A stretch of DNA of 64,000 nucleotides from an uncultured Candidatus Binatia bacterium (GTDB taxonomy: Bacteria > Desulfobacterota > Binatia > UBA9968 > CAXXLF01), in contig OZ244621.1 in assembly GCA_965218425.1 (NCBI GenBank), forward strand, positions 1,920,001 to 1,984,000. The letters are read 5' to 3'. The position numbers and the translations under genes were made by a program. Positions within the stretch are counted from its first letter, which is position 1. Each line of letters begins with the position of its first letter. This document shows positions 27,250-38,297 of the stretch, piece after piece. The notes under the pieces were generated by a model. It saw only the letters and a program-made list of their open reading frames with translations, searched no databases and had not been told where the DNA came from.

Positions 27250-28140
27250 ATGAATTTCCTTGTCGAATTCCCCACAATGGAACGCCAGGCACTCCGTGAC
27301 CTAAAGAAAGGCATAGACGGTTCCTTTCGAGAATTTTCGCGCGAATACGGAGAATATTTGGAAAACCTGTTCTATCCGCTTCTTGTGTTTCTGAAGTGGT
27401 TTCAGGATCTTTTGGTGCAGACGCCCTGGCCAATCATGATCCTGGTGATCGGAGCGCTTGCTTGGGTCGGTTCCCGCAGCCGGTTGCTTGTAATTGGAAC
27501 GGTGGGATCGTTTTTGCTGATCGGTTATCTCGATATGTGGGCGGACGCGATGTCGACGCTGGCAATTGTGTCGGTAGCGACCGTTCTCTGCATTGCTTTT
27601 GGCATTCCGGTGGGCATCCTGATGGCGCGGAACAACCGGGTTCAAGCCGCCATTTTGCCCGTTCTCGACATTATGCAGACCATTCCGAGTTTCGTTTACC
27701 TTATACCAGTGGTCATGCTGCTCGGGATCGGAAAAGTTCCCGGCCTGATCGCCGTATGCATTTACGCGATTCCGCCGATCGTGCGATTGACCAATTTGGG
27801 TATCAGGCTTGTGGACGAGGAAGTCTTGGAAGCGGCGGTCGCCTTTGGGTCAAGTTACCGGGAAAAATTGTTCAATGTGCTGATTCCATTGGCTCTTCCG
27901 AATATTTTCGCAGGCGTAAACCAGACCATCATGATGTCTCTGGCCATGGTTGTTATCGCGGCCATGATAGGAGTTCCCGGATTGGGCGTTCCGGTCCTGC
28001 GCGCCGTTAACAACCAATACCTTGCGCTTGGCATGATGAACGGCCTCGCAATCGTTGCAATTGCGATAATTTTCGACAGGGTTTCACAAAGTTACGGTAG
28101 ACGTCTTCAAAAACATCGTGAAGGAAGACATGTCGTATGA
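27250..28140 (+). CDS. proW: Glycine betaine/proline ABC transporter permease
   Basis: LDIMQTIPSFVYLIP, RLTNLGIR.V..EVLEAA.AFG, GVNQTIMMSLAMVVIA. Confidence 0.92.
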   Translation: MNFLVEFPTMERQALRDLKKGIDGSFREFSREYGEYLENLFYPLLVFLKWFQDLLVQTPWPIMILVIGALAWVGSRSRLLVIGTVGSFLLIGYLDMWADAMSTLAIVSVATVLCIAFGIPVGILMARNNRVQAAILPVLDIMQTIPSFVYLIPVVMLLGIGKVPGLIAVCIYAIPPIVRLTNLGIRLVDEEVLEAAVAFGSSYREKLFNVLIPLALPNIFAGVNQTIMMSLAMVVIAAMIGVPGLGVPVLRAVNNQYLALGMMNGLAIVAIAIIFDRVSQSYGRRLQKHREGRHVV

Positions 28141-29176
28141 TTTAAAAATCTCCATAAAAAATCTATACAAAATCTTTGGACCGCGCCCAAAACAAATGAT
28201 CAAATTTGTTGAGGACGGCGGCGGAAAGAAAGAACTCCTGGTCGAGCACGGACACGTGCTCGGCCTGAACAATGTCAACGTCGACATTGAAGCGCGATGT
28301 GTCCAGGTCATCATGGGCCTGTCAGGATCCGGCAAATCCACGTTGATCCGACATATCAACCGTCTCATCGAACCGACATCTGGAGAAATTATTGTCGATG
28401 ACCAAAACGTTTTGGCGATGTCCGATAACGACCTGAGAGATTTTCGCCGTTTCAGGGCATCTATGGTATTCCAGAAGTTTGCTCTTCTTCCCCACCGTAC
28501 GATTTTTGACAATGTGTTTTATGGACTGAAGATTCAAAAAGTGGAAAGGGACGAGGCCAATGAACGGGTGCGGCGGTGGATCGATCGTGTAGGCCTTACG
28601 GGATTTGAATCGCATTATCCGTCCCAGTTGTCGGGCGGAATGCAGCAGCGCGTAGGCCTCGCACGCGCTTTGGCGACGGATGCGGAAATTCTGTTGATGG
28701 ATGAGGCTTTTTCCGCGCTCGACCCGCTTATCCGGACGGACATGCAGGAGGTGCTTATGGACCTCCAGCAGGAACTGCACAAGACCATTATCTTCATTAC
28801 TCACGACTTGGATGAAGCCTTGAAAATCGGCGATTCCATCGTGATTCTACGCGATGGCGCAGTCGTTCAAAAAGGCACTCCGCAGGAAATAGTCCTGAAG
28901 CCCGCCGATGAGTACGTCTTCGACTTCATACAGGATATCAACCGTTCACGGGTTCTGCGCGTTGATTCGGTCATGGACGCGAAAAAAATCGATAACGGAC
29001 CGGTAATCGACGCCGCGACGAAAATCGAAGACGCGCTTCAAGCGCTAAATAGCGCAAACGTTTACGAAGCTGCAATTTCAAAAGAGGGCAAGATTATCGG
29101 ATCGGTGTCCCTCGATCGGATGATCGAAGCAATCGCTCGTCCCGATGTCGAGAGAAAAGAAAAAGAATACCGCTAA
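28130..29176 (+). CDS. proV: Glycine betaine/proline ABC transporter ATPase
   Basis: MGLSGSGKST, LSGGMQQRVGLARAL, LLMDEAFSALDPLIR; CBS-like tail. Confidence 0.93.
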   Translation: MSYDLKISIKNLYKIFGPRPKQMIKFVEDGGGKKELLVEHGHVLGLNNVNVDIEARCVQVIMGLSGSGKSTLIRHINRLIEPTSGEIIVDDQNVLAMSDNDLRDFRRFRASMVFQKFALLPHRTIFDNVFYGLKIQKVERDEANERVRRWIDRVGLTGFESHYPSQLSGGMQQRVGLARALATDAEILLMDEAFSALDPLIRTDMQEVLMDLQQELHKTIIFITHDLDEALKIGDSIVILRDGAVVQKGTPQEIVLKPADEYVFDFIQDINRSRVLRVDSVMDAKKIDNGPVIDAATKIEDALQALNSANVYEAAISKEGKIIGSVSLDRMIEAIARPDVERKEKEYR

Positions 29177-29289
29177 TTGCCGGTTGCCGACCATCGAGTC
29201 TCGGGTTTCATGATGTCTCCTGTCGACAGTTTAGCGACACGGAAGTCAAGGCGGCATATGAGGGATAAGTGCGCCCGGATATCGGAGAA

Positions 29290-29415
29290 TCAGGCCTGAA
29301 CAGCCTGAAATCCACCCCCAAAAAAGCCCCTGCACAGCAACAGCTCGAGAAAATCCTTCCCCTAAACCCTTCTGTGAACCAATCCCTTCAAATTGTGGCG
29401 TTATGCAGAGGTCTC
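29290..29415. mobile_element. Possible orphan IS5-family end
   Basis: Ends TTATGCAGAGGTCTC (reverse complement GAGACCTCTGCATAA, IS1106-like IR); no transposase present. Confidence 0.45.
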
Positions 29416-29578
29416 CTTATATAATTTGATCCACCCTTGCCGATTGACAAGGGTCCGCCGCGTTGATATGCCACGCAGGAAGGCAGGTTTTCGCATCCCC
29501 GACTTCGATTAATCAGCCTTTGCGTCGTAAGGTGCCTCACTGGTTTTTGGTGGTGGGACTATTGGCTTACTTAACAGG

Positions 29579-29866
29579 GTGCCCCATCCCAATGCAGCCA
29601 AGCTTTTTATCAACTGGTTTCTGTCTCGCAAGGGACAACAGGCTGCTTGTGCGGCTATGCTTCAAGATGGAGGCTATGTTAGTGAGTCTAGACGAGTAGA
29701 TCTACCGACAAATAAAGTCTTACCCTATAATCGCGTGGGGACTGTCAAGTATTTGGATCTCAGCACTCCCGGATTGGAATGGACGCCTGTGCGGAAGGTT
29801 TTTGAACAATCCCTAAGGAGAGCCGGCAAAATTAAATGGGAAGTTCTATTCGCACGGTGCCGTTAG
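29579..29866 (+). pseudogene. C-terminal fragment of an ABC extracellular solute-binding protein
   Basis: PHPNAAKLFINWFLSRKGQ matches PHPNAAKLFVNWILSKEGQ in the gene at 63132-64000; no N-terminus. Confidence 0.75.
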
Positions 29867-29990
29867 GACAAATTTTATCCTGCGCCGGGCGTTCAGAGGT
29901 AAATGGAGAGCCGGTAATGCCGGGGATTTATAAATAACGCAGGATTTTTCTGCTTCGGGTAAATGCCCGTAACTATTGTGAGATTGAGGT

Positions 29991-32093
29991 ATGGATTACG
30001 TTGTAGGCGTAGATATAGGCGGTACCTTCACGGACTGTGTTGTCGTAGACGATAAGGGAGCCATCACTGTCGGTAAGGCCCTTTCAACGCCAACGGATTT
30101 TTCAGTTGGGGCCGTCGAGGCGGTCCGGGATGCGGCGGAGAAGCTTGGTTTAAAAACTGAGGACGAGCTGCTCCGTTTAACAAAGTTCTTCTTTCACGCC
30201 TGTACCGTAGCGGACAACACCCTGATCACCCGCTCTGGTGCTAAAACAGGTCTCATTACAACTAAGGGATTCGCGGATACCCTGCTGATCATGCGGGGTA
30301 AAGTAACAGACGGCCTTACTGAAACGGAGGCCGCTCATGTATCCGCGATCACGAAGCCCGACCCGTTCGTCCCGAAGTCTTTGATTGAAGAGGTAGATGA
30401 ACGGATTGACTATACGGGGTCGGTTCTGATCCGGTTGGATTGTGCGCAAGCTCAACGAGCGATCGATGATCTCGTGGCTAAAGGGGTGGAGGCGGTCGCC
30501 GTATGCCTGCTCTGGTCGATCTCCAATGATTGCCACGAGCGAGCCTTAAAAGACATCTTGAAGAAGAATCATCCCTCGGTGTTTGCAACGCTTTCCAGCG
30601 AAGTAGCGCCACTCCTTGGGGAATACGAGCGAACGACCACGACTGTTTTTAATGCATACATTGGCCCGCGGATCTCCTCATATTTGTTGAACTTACAGGG
30701 CGTTCTGAAAATGAAAGGGCTTGCCGGAGAACCTTTAATAATGCAGGCCTATGGGGGGGTGCTGGGAATAGAAGCAACTTGTAAAAACGCGGTCGGGACT
30801 ATTGAATCCGGTCCGGCCTCCGGGGTGGCTGGAAGTAAATTCTTGGGCGAGTTGATCGACGAATCTAATATGTTGGCTACGGACATGGGGGGGACGACCT
30901 TCAAGGTCAGTGTGATTCGAGACGGCGTAATCGAGAAAGACTTCAACCCGGTTTTTATGCGCCACAGTCTCTTGGCGACAAAGATCTGGGTAGAGTCCAT
31001 TGGAGCAGGTGGAGGCAGTATAGCATGGATTGAAAGGGAATCAGGTCTCCTTAAAGTTGGTCCTCAGGGAGCGGGAGCCAAGCCGGGGCCGGTTTGTTAT
31101 GGCTCTGGAGGAACTGATCCGACAGTTTCGGATGCCGATCTCGTATTGGGGTACCTTAATGAGAACTATTTTTTGGGTGGAAGGATAGGGTTGGATAAAG
31201 AAGGAGCACTGCGGGCGATAGAACAGAAGATCGCGAAACCTATGGGAATGAGTGTAGCACAAGCGGCAAGCGGTATATATCGGATCGCAAACTCGCACAT
31301 GAGCGATCTTATCAGGAAAGCGACTGTGGAAAGGGGCCACGACCCGAGGGACTTTACCCTTTTTGCTTTTGGCGGCGCGGGCCCGGTACATGCAAGTAGA
31401 TACGCTTCGGAGCTTGGGATCAAGCAGGTGGTCATCCCTTTGACGGCCTCAGTCCACGGGGCCACGGGTCTTATCAGTTCTGATGTCATTTATCAGTACG
31501 GAAAGTCCGAGCACCTTCTTGTGCCTGCGGAAGTCAGCAGGATCAATGCTAACTTTTCAGTCCTTATGGAAAAGGCGTTTGCTGATCTTCGTTCTGCCGG
31601 CTTTGGAAAGGAAGAAATTGAGATTTTGAGAAGCGTGGATATGAGGTATCGGTACCAGGTCCATGAGTTGAACGTTCCTTTATCCATCGGGTCTTCCCAA
31701 ATTTCGGACAAAGAGATGGAAGATCTCTATATCCGTTTCGACGACTTATATGAAAAGTCCTATGGCGCAGGCTCTGGATATAGTGAAGCGGGGAAAGAAA
31801 TGCTTGTCTTTAGAGTGACTGCAATAGGCAGATTAAGGAAGCCTCAGATCCTAGGACGCCCCATCGAGCGGACCGACTCCGAGCATGCACTGAAAGAGGA
31901 AAGGCCGGTTTACTTTGAAGAAAATGGAGACTTTGTTCCCACAGGAATCTACGATTTCGAGCGGATAACTCCGGGAACCGAGATCTCGGGTCCAGCGATT
32001 ATTGAAACCCCCGTTACGACCATTGTGGTTAACCCTAAAGACCGTGCGGTCATGGATGAATTTCGCAGCATTAAGGTTTCTATCGCATCATAG
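29991..32093 (+). CDS. Hydantoinase A/oxoprolinase family subunit
   Basis: GVDIGGTFTD, EYERTTTT.FNAY, SGPASG, DMGGTTF, IGAGGGSIA, FGGAGP. Confidence 0.95.
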   Translation: MDYVVGVDIGGTFTDCVVVDDKGAITVGKALSTPTDFSVGAVEAVRDAAEKLGLKTEDELLRLTKFFFHACTVADNTLITRSGAKTGLITTKGFADTLLIMRGKVTDGLTETEAAHVSAITKPDPFVPKSLIEEVDERIDYTGSVLIRLDCAQAQRAIDDLVAKGVEAVAVCLLWSISNDCHERALKDILKKNHPSVFATLSSEVAPLLGEYERTTTTVFNAYIGPRISSYLLNLQGVLKMKGLAGEPLIMQAYGGVLGIEATCKNAVGTIESGPASGVAGSKFLGELIDESNMLATDMGGTTFKVSVIRDGVIEKDFNPVFMRHSLLATKIWVESIGAGGGSIAWIERESGLLKVGPQGAGAKPGPVCYGSGGTDPTVSDADLVLGYLNENYFLGGRIGLDKEGALRAIEQKIAKPMGMSVAQAASGIYRIANSHMSDLIRKATVERGHDPRDFTLFAFGGAGPVHASRYASELGIKQVVIPLTASVHGATGLISSDVIYQYGKSEHLLVPAEVSRINANFSVLMEKAFADLRSAGFGKEEIEILRSVDMRYRYQVHELNVPLSIGSSQISDKEMEDLYIRFDDLYEKSYGAGSGYSEAGKEMLVFRVTAIGRLRKPQILGRPIERTDSEHALKEERPVYFEENGDFVPTGIYDFERITPGTEISGPAIIETPVTTIVVNPKDRAVMDEFRSIKVSIAS

Positions 32094-32102
32094 GAGAGTA
32101 TC

Positions 32103-34262
32103 ATGGAGGATCCGGTCATCAAGGTTGATCCGATCATTTTTGAGATTTTATCTCACAGGCTTCACCAGATCACGATGGAGATGGGAAGTACTCTGGAGCG
32201 TGTTGGCGGTACCGCCAACACGACTCAGATGCACGATTATATGGCGTCCTTATATCGTGCCAACGGCGATGTGTTGGCTGCCGGCGAGTCCATGGGTTGG
32301 CACGTTGCCTGCGCAGGCTTTGCCGTGAAAAGGATTATCGAGCAATTTGAAAAAGAGGGAATCTATCCTGATGACATCTTCTTGATCAATGACCCCTATC
32401 TCGCGGCGATCCACCAATCGGACGTATATATCATCTCCCCGATCCACCATGACGGCCGGCTTGTAGGCTGGAGTGCCACTTTTGTGCACGTCATGGACAT
32501 TGGGGCTCTGTCTCCAGGAGGCAACTCGCCCGGGGCTACTGAAATCTGCCATGAGGGGTTGAGAATACCTGGAATCAAGTTAGTAGAGCGGGGCCGGCTT
32601 AGGAAGGACGTATTTAATACCATTATTAACATGACGCGTCAGCCCGTCATGGTGGGACTCGATCTCAAATGTGAGATCGCAGCGAACAATGTCGCCAAGT
32701 CGAGAATGCAAGCCCTCTATGACCAGTATGGGTCCGAGTTGGTTGATGCAGTATCTTTAGACATGATTCGCTACTCAGAGTCTATTTTGAGGAAACGGCT
32801 GGTGGAAATACCGGATGGCACTTGGAAAGACACCGTTCTCATCGGGGATCAAGAGACTTGGAAGATGGTCTTGACGCTTCGCAAGGAGCATGATTGTTTG
32901 CATTTTGATTTTACTGGGACCGATAAACAGGCCAGGACGGGAATCAATCTTCCCTATCACGCTACCTTTGGTTCATGTTTTGAGGTCGTCCTCTCTTGCC
33001 TGGGGTATGATATACCAAAAAATCATGGGACATTCCTTCCGATAAAAGTCATAGCTCCAGAAGGGACGGTAGTGAATGTTCAGTACCCGGGTCCCGTGTC
33101 CATGAACACCACTTCGGGAGGTTCAATGGCTAAGTATTTGGCGGCGTCGACTCTGATACAAATGCTGGCCACTAGCGAAAATTGGCTTCAAGAAGTCATG
33201 GCTCACAACCTTGGCGGCCGCTTCCCTAGACACGCGGGTGTTAATCAATATGGTCGGTATTATGTCTCCACCCTGCTCGAGGTGAATGGGACGGGTGCCG
33301 TGTCTTACCAGGATGGCGTTAATACGGGGGGTCGCCTGAGCTGTCACAATGTCGAATGGGCTGAACTGAACTTTCCTCTGCTCTACCTTTTCCGGCGTCA
33401 CATAACAGATGGCGGAGGGGTTGGAAAGTATCGAGGAGGGGTTGGAGCAGAAGCCGCCCTTACCGTCCACAAGGCGCCGGAGGGAAAAATCAAAGGTGTG
33501 GCTTTGGGTGTCGCGGGATTGAAGAACTCCGGTCAGGGAATTTTAGGTGGGTACCCGGCCGCATCCAGCCATCTCGTCCTATTTGAAAACACCAAGGTGG
33601 GTGAATTCATTGCCAATAATAGACCGCCGGAAAATCTGGAGGAGCTTGGCGGTCATGCAAAGTCATTGTCCTACTGTGATTTTGATTTCAGCAATGGCGA
33701 TGTTCTCTACATCAGGCCGGGGAGTGGGGGAGGTTGTGGTGATCCCCTTGAAAGAGCCCCCCAAATGGTTGTGGACGATATACGAAATGGACTGGTTTCG
33801 AAAGAGGTCGCTCACCGGATCTATGGCGTTGTACTTGATGAGCAAGCGTCCACAGTAAACTTGGATGCTACTAAGAGTCTGCGAGACGTCCTGCGGACAG
33901 GGAGATTGAAGGTGGCGGCCGTAGAGAATTCCGAGGCTTCACGAGAAGAGGATCATGGTGAATCAAACTATCCTCCTCGTGAGATATTGGAGGTCCATAG
34001 CAATGGGGCGATAAAAAAGGTTCGATGCGCGAGATGCCGGTGTGAACTTTGTGAGCTTGGAACTGATTGGAAAAAGGTTTGTAGGGTGGCTCTCTTGCCG
34101 CCAACAAGTGCCGGGCCCTTGCTGAACGAATTGACAGGGCATTTTTTGCTTCAGCAACGTTATTGCCCATCTTGTGGGACCCTGTTGCAAACAGACCTAG
34201 TGGAAGACGCGGGGAAAGGTGTAATCAAACGGACTGAGTTGCATGACGCGCAAGCCGAGTAA
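32103..34262 (+). CDS. Hydantoinase B/oxoprolinase family subunit with C-terminal acetone carboxylase gamma-like Zn domain
   Basis: NDPY..IHQSD, HVMDIG, EGLRIP, DGGGVGKYRGG, GGGCGDPLER; tail CARC...YCPSCGTLL. Confidence 0.92.
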   Translation: MEDPVIKVDPIIFEILSHRLHQITMEMGSTLERVGGTANTTQMHDYMASLYRANGDVLAAGESMGWHVACAGFAVKRIIEQFEKEGIYPDDIFLINDPYLAAIHQSDVYIISPIHHDGRLVGWSATFVHVMDIGALSPGGNSPGATEICHEGLRIPGIKLVERGRLRKDVFNTIINMTRQPVMVGLDLKCEIAANNVAKSRMQALYDQYGSELVDAVSLDMIRYSESILRKRLVEIPDGTWKDTVLIGDQETWKMVLTLRKEHDCLHFDFTGTDKQARTGINLPYHATFGSCFEVVLSCLGYDIPKNHGTFLPIKVIAPEGTVVNVQYPGPVSMNTTSGGSMAKYLAASTLIQMLATSENWLQEVMAHNLGGRFPRHAGVNQYGRYYVSTLLEVNGTGAVSYQDGVNTGGRLSCHNVEWAELNFPLLYLFRRHITDGGGVGKYRGGVGAEAALTVHKAPEGKIKGVALGVAGLKNSGQGILGGYPAASSHLVLFENTKVGEFIANNRPPENLEELGGHAKSLSYCDFDFSNGDVLYIRPGSGGGCGDPLERAPQMVVDDIRNGLVSKEVAHRIYGVVLDEQASTVNLDATKSLRDVLRTGRLKVAAVENSEASREEDHGESNYPPREILEVHSNGAIKKVRCARCRCELCELGTDWKKVCRVALLPPTSAGPLLNELTGHFLLQQRYCPSCGTLLQTDLVEDAGKGVIKRTELHDAQAE

Positions 34263-34393
34263 TCCAAGGCTATGACTATAGAGGCAATAGGTGTGAGCAG
34301 ATTGAAAGTTATACACACCGTATACATATAAGAAAGATTCTGACCGATCAATCGAGTGAGTCGCTTTTAGAATTGAAACAGGGAAGGAAGGGC

Positions 34394-35872
34394 TCAGGGG
34401 CGATGGGGCTTGCCCACAAACCCAGGCCCGAAACCGGCCTCTTGGGCCGCTGTTGCACCGGCCACACGGCCGCTAAAGATGGAAGGGCCGAGCATGGTCC
34501 CTTCTAGGCCCGCGCGCCCATTGATATGCCCTCCGGCCATACCGGACACCTCTCCTGCGGCAAAAAGCCCCGCAATGACGTCAAAGTGGATGTCCGATAC
34601 TCGGCATCTGAGGTCCGTTTTGATCCCGCCTAAGTTCTTTCGCGCCAGGGGAAAGAGCTGAATGGCGTAATAAGGGGGCGTGTCGAATCTTTTCGAGTCT
34701 TTTAGAACCTTGCCAAACTCCGGTTCTCGCTCCAGTCCGCTCTCGCAGGCTCGGTTGTATTTCTCCACTGCGGATTGAAAGTTTGAGAGGTCCACCTCCA
34801 TCTTCCGTCCTAGTTCTGCGAGAGAGTTAGCCTTGCGGACGTAAGGTGAATTGTCCAGCAAGGTCTGAACGTTTTTTCGTATATCTTTGTCTCCCTGTCG
34901 GTAATGAGGATCGGCGATGCCCAGTTTGGCCGCCATGGCTGTATCGATGACGGCCCAGGCATGAGGCGGATCCTGAGCCATCACTGCCGGTGTAGCTGAG
35001 GCGCCACCGCTACGGGATTCGTCGTGGAAGCGTCGGCCCTGTTGATTCACCCAGATGTAGCCTGGAGTTCCGCGAAAGACCAAACCTCGTCTGCCGGTCG
35101 GATCGAGATAGTCCGGAGTGGCGAATACATAAAACCAGATATGATCCATATGGGTTAGGTAGGCGCCCATCTCCCGAGCCATTTTGTGGCCTGACCCGGT
35201 TGCCCCTCGGCCCCCCCCTTCCATAATTTTGAAGTTCTTGAGATCCGGCCGAATCTCCCGGATCATATCCAGGTTTGAGTTAAAGCCCCCCGTGGCCACC
35301 ACAACGGTTTGACTTCGGATCTCCACAGGGTCGCCGCTCTTTGTGTTGAATCCGTCTAAACCACACGCCTTACCATTTTGTGTGAGGATCTTGGTGACCT
35401 CGGTGGACGCGAGAATGTCCGTTACCCCGCAGGCCTTGACCGCTTCAATGAGGACGGTTGTGACCCCCAGCCCGCCCCGTTCGGGCCTGTGCCAACGGAG
35501 CACGCGGTTTCCCTCTTGATAATTCAATCCAACCCATTTGATACCTAGGCCCTCTGCCCATAGGTAAAGGTCGTTACGTGAGTTCTCAAGATAGAACCTG
35601 GCCCATGGTTCGTCTGCGGAGCCTCCTCCCCACTTGACCCAATCTTCAAAAGCCTGATCGGGGTCGTCATGGATGCCATTAGCCTCCTGAAGCGGAGTTC
35701 CGGCCATGCAGCAGCCGCCACCGGAAATGATGGAAGCCCCTCCGAGGGTTTCCGCCCTTTCCACCATAGCCACCTTTGCCCCGACCTTACGGGCCTCGAT
35801 GGCGGCAGCAAGGCCGGCTCCACCGCAACCAATGACGGTGACATCCGTTGCAATTCGCTTTGGCTCTGCCAT
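34394..35872 (-). CDS. FAD-dependent oxidoreductase (flavocytochrome c/fumarate reductase flavoprotein-like)
   Basis: VIGCGGAGLAAA, GGASIISGG, VVATGGF, GGIKTD, GLFAAGE. Confidence 0.9.
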   Translation of the reverse strand: MAEPKRIATDVTVIGCGGAGLAAAIEARKVGAKVAMVERAETLGGASIISGGGCCMAGTPLQEANGIHDDPDQAFEDWVKWGGGSADEPWARFYLENSRNDLYLWAEGLGIKWVGLNYQEGNRVLRWHRPERGGLGVTTVLIEAVKACGVTDILASTEVTKILTQNGKACGLDGFNTKSGDPVEIRSQTVVVATGGFNSNLDMIREIRPDLKNFKIMEGGGRGATGSGHKMAREMGAYLTHMDHIWFYVFATPDYLDPTGRRGLVFRGTPGYIWVNQQGRRFHDESRSGGASATPAVMAQDPPHAWAVIDTAMAAKLGIADPHYRQGDKDIRKNVQTLLDNSPYVRKANSLAELGRKMEVDLSNFQSAVEKYNRACESGLEREPEFGKVLKDSKRFDTPPYYAIQLFPLARKNLGGIKTDLRCRVSDIHFDVIAGLFAAGEVSGMAGGHINGRAGLEGTMLGPSIFSGRVAGATAAQEAGFGPGFVGKPHRP

Positions 35873-36407
35873 AAGTAATCCGGCCAAAATCGATTCGTCT
35901 AAAATTCTCCGCCCAAGAGACCCTTCCAGGAATTCATCCGCGTCTGCTCCTTCCCTGTTCCTGGCTTTAGGATCTCGATCTCAATGCCTTCGTTGCCCAT
36001 GTTCACGTCTACTTCGAGGTCCACCCTTCCCACGGGCGCATCAATCTGTTCGCGGTCAGGCGCATCAAGGGCCTGAATGGGGGGTTAGTCCTTTGATATG
36101 GTCAGAAGCAAACTTTACCCGTAGGCCCAACCCGATTTCAGTGAAAGGTACAAGAAAATTATCACGGCTCACAACTCCCCGTGCCAGTGCTATGGTTTTC
36201 CCTTATATTCAATTATCATTTCAACGCCTTACACTCCGCGGAGCCTACCCTAATTCGATACCGGTCGCAAGAATTCCGAGAATTGAAGGGTCCTTAAGGG
36301 GGGTGATTGACCCTAACAGACCTGAATGGTCAGCAACACAAGGGGCTTCGTCAATAAATCATGAGTAAAATCGCTGATATCAATAGAGAGACATTGAGGT
36401 TTCGCTG

Positions 36408-36570
36408 GTGAATTCTTTCCTCGATGCCCTGTCCGGTCATGTGGCGGTTCTCGATAGGTCCGGCACTATCTTGAACGTCAACCAGGCATGGCGCTCCTTC
36501 GCCGATGCCAATGGACTTCACCTGACGAATTACGGATTGGGGGCAAATTACTTTGAGGTTTTCGTATCAT
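36408..36570 (+). pseudogene. PAS-domain fragment
   Basis: LDALSGHVAVLDRSGTILNVNQAWRSFADANG...GANYFEV, then the similarity ends. Confidence 0.65.
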
Positions 36571-36705
36571 GCCGCAGGTGTGGTGCTCGCCTTGGTTTGG
36601 TACTTCGAGCATAGAGAAAGCCCCGGTTTTACTAACTGTGCTGTATTCTTTTTGATCCTTATTTTGTTTTTCTTCTCAATCCCATCTGATGGTTTAGAAC
36701 GTCTG

Positions 36706-36950
36706 TTATTTCTCGATCAAGGGGAGCTGAGCTGCAATGTCGAAATTGATGATTGTCCTGATTTTGTTTCCAATCTGGAGGTAACGTGCCACTTTTATGG
36801 CCGGGAGTACTTTGTTCAATTTTAGTGCAAAGGAGGCGTTCAGATCCGCTTCCGCTTTCTCGATGGACACAAGCTCTTCAATGAGTTTTTGTGCTTTCGC
36901 ATCGGTGAGGGTCCGGTTGTTATGGTCCCCAGCGTAGCTCTCCAGGAGCG
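36706..36950 (-). pseudogene. C-terminal fragment of a conserved helical hypothetical protein
   Basis: LTDAKAQKLIEE...LNKVLPAIKVARYLQIGNKIR...AAQLPLIE; no credible start. Confidence 0.5.
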
Positions 36951-37613
36951 CATTCCCGGTACCCATGGTGGAGATTCCCACCTGTGCTTTGCAACTGATT
37001 CACGGAAGGTAACCCATCCTGAATCCGCCAGCTTCCGGCAAGTCGGATCTGCAGCGTATCGTCATGGAGACGGCTGAAACTCATTTCGCAAGCCTCGGAT
37101 ATCTAAGTTACCAATTCATTGGTCTGTTAACTGCAATCATCGGCATACTGAGGCGCAATCACTTTGTCGAGCCATGCCAACCTGAACAGGTGGTACTGTG
37201 TCGGGTCGGATAGGTACGGGGGGGTGAAGCTCAATTTTGGAGTATGCCCAGTGTTAATTCGCGGCAGATTTGCATGACCTCTCTGTGGAAGGGCCCACAA
37301 TCGGGGCATACCCTGATGGGGAAGGTCATGGAGTTGGTATGAATCACTCCTGCAGTGGGAAGGTGGTCGCAATGCTGACCGCAGATGCCACAGAGATAGG
37401 CTATTTCGTTAGACTCGGTCATGTGGTTCCAGAAGATTAGCACTCAGAAGGGCCCTGGCAACTCGTAAAACTACTGATTTTCAGGTCAAAACGTACCGGT
37501 TTTTTATAGGAGAACTGGCCCTTTGTGAAAAACTCTATATATTAAGGCGGGGAAAAAGGTCCTTCAAGGGGTTTAGGTTAAGGAAACATTAATTTATCTG
37601 TGAGGTGATTAAA

Positions 37614-38297
37614 ATGGACCAGCACCAATTGGTTTTCCTTATCGACGTGGACAACACTCTCCTTGACAATGACCGGGTGATCGCTGACCTGATGAAGCAC
37701 CTTGACCACCAGGTAGGTCGCGACTGTCAGAAGAGGTACTGGGCCATCTTCGAGGAACTGCGAACGGAGCTTGGCTATGCGGACTATCTGGGGGCGCTTC
37801 AGCGCTACCGGGTGGAGCATCCACGGGATCTCCGGATCCTCACGGTATCGTCCTTTCTCACCAATTATCCATTTTCCGACCGCCTCTTCCCAAACTCTCT
37901 TGACGTCATTCGTCGACTCAGGAGGTGGGGGTTGACCGTCATCCTTTCGGATGGGGATGTGGTTTTCCAACCACGTAAGATTGAACGTTCAGGTCTTTTT
38001 GAAGCGGTGGGGAAAAACGTTCTGGTTTATATTCATAAAGAGCTTGAGCTTGACGACGTGGAGCATCGTTACCCGGCCAAGCATTACATTTTGATCGATG
38101 ACAAGATCCGAATCTTGTCGGCGGTTAAGAACGTTTGGGGAAACCGGGTCACCACCGTCTTTCCCCGTCAGGGCCACTATGCCCATGACCGGGAGAATCT
38201 TGCCAAGTTCCCGCCAGCGGATCTCAGTGTTGAACGGATTGGGGAGCTACGAGATTATGGTTTGCCGGCTCTGCTCAATGCGGGCCGTGGCAATTGA
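37614..38297 (+). CDS. HAD superfamily hydrolase
   Basis: FLIDVDNTLLDND, ILSDGDVVFQPRKIERSG, LIDDK. Confidence 0.9.
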   Translation: MDQHQLVFLIDVDNTLLDNDRVIADLMKHLDHQVGRDCQKRYWAIFEELRTELGYADYLGALQRYRVEHPRDLRILTVSSFLTNYPFSDRLFPNSLDVIRRLRRWGLTVILSDGDVVFQPRKIERSGLFEAVGKNVLVYIHKELELDDVEHRYPAKHYILIDDKIRILSAVKNVWGNRVTTVFPRQGHYAHDRENLAKFPPADLSVERIGELRDYGLPALLNAGRGN

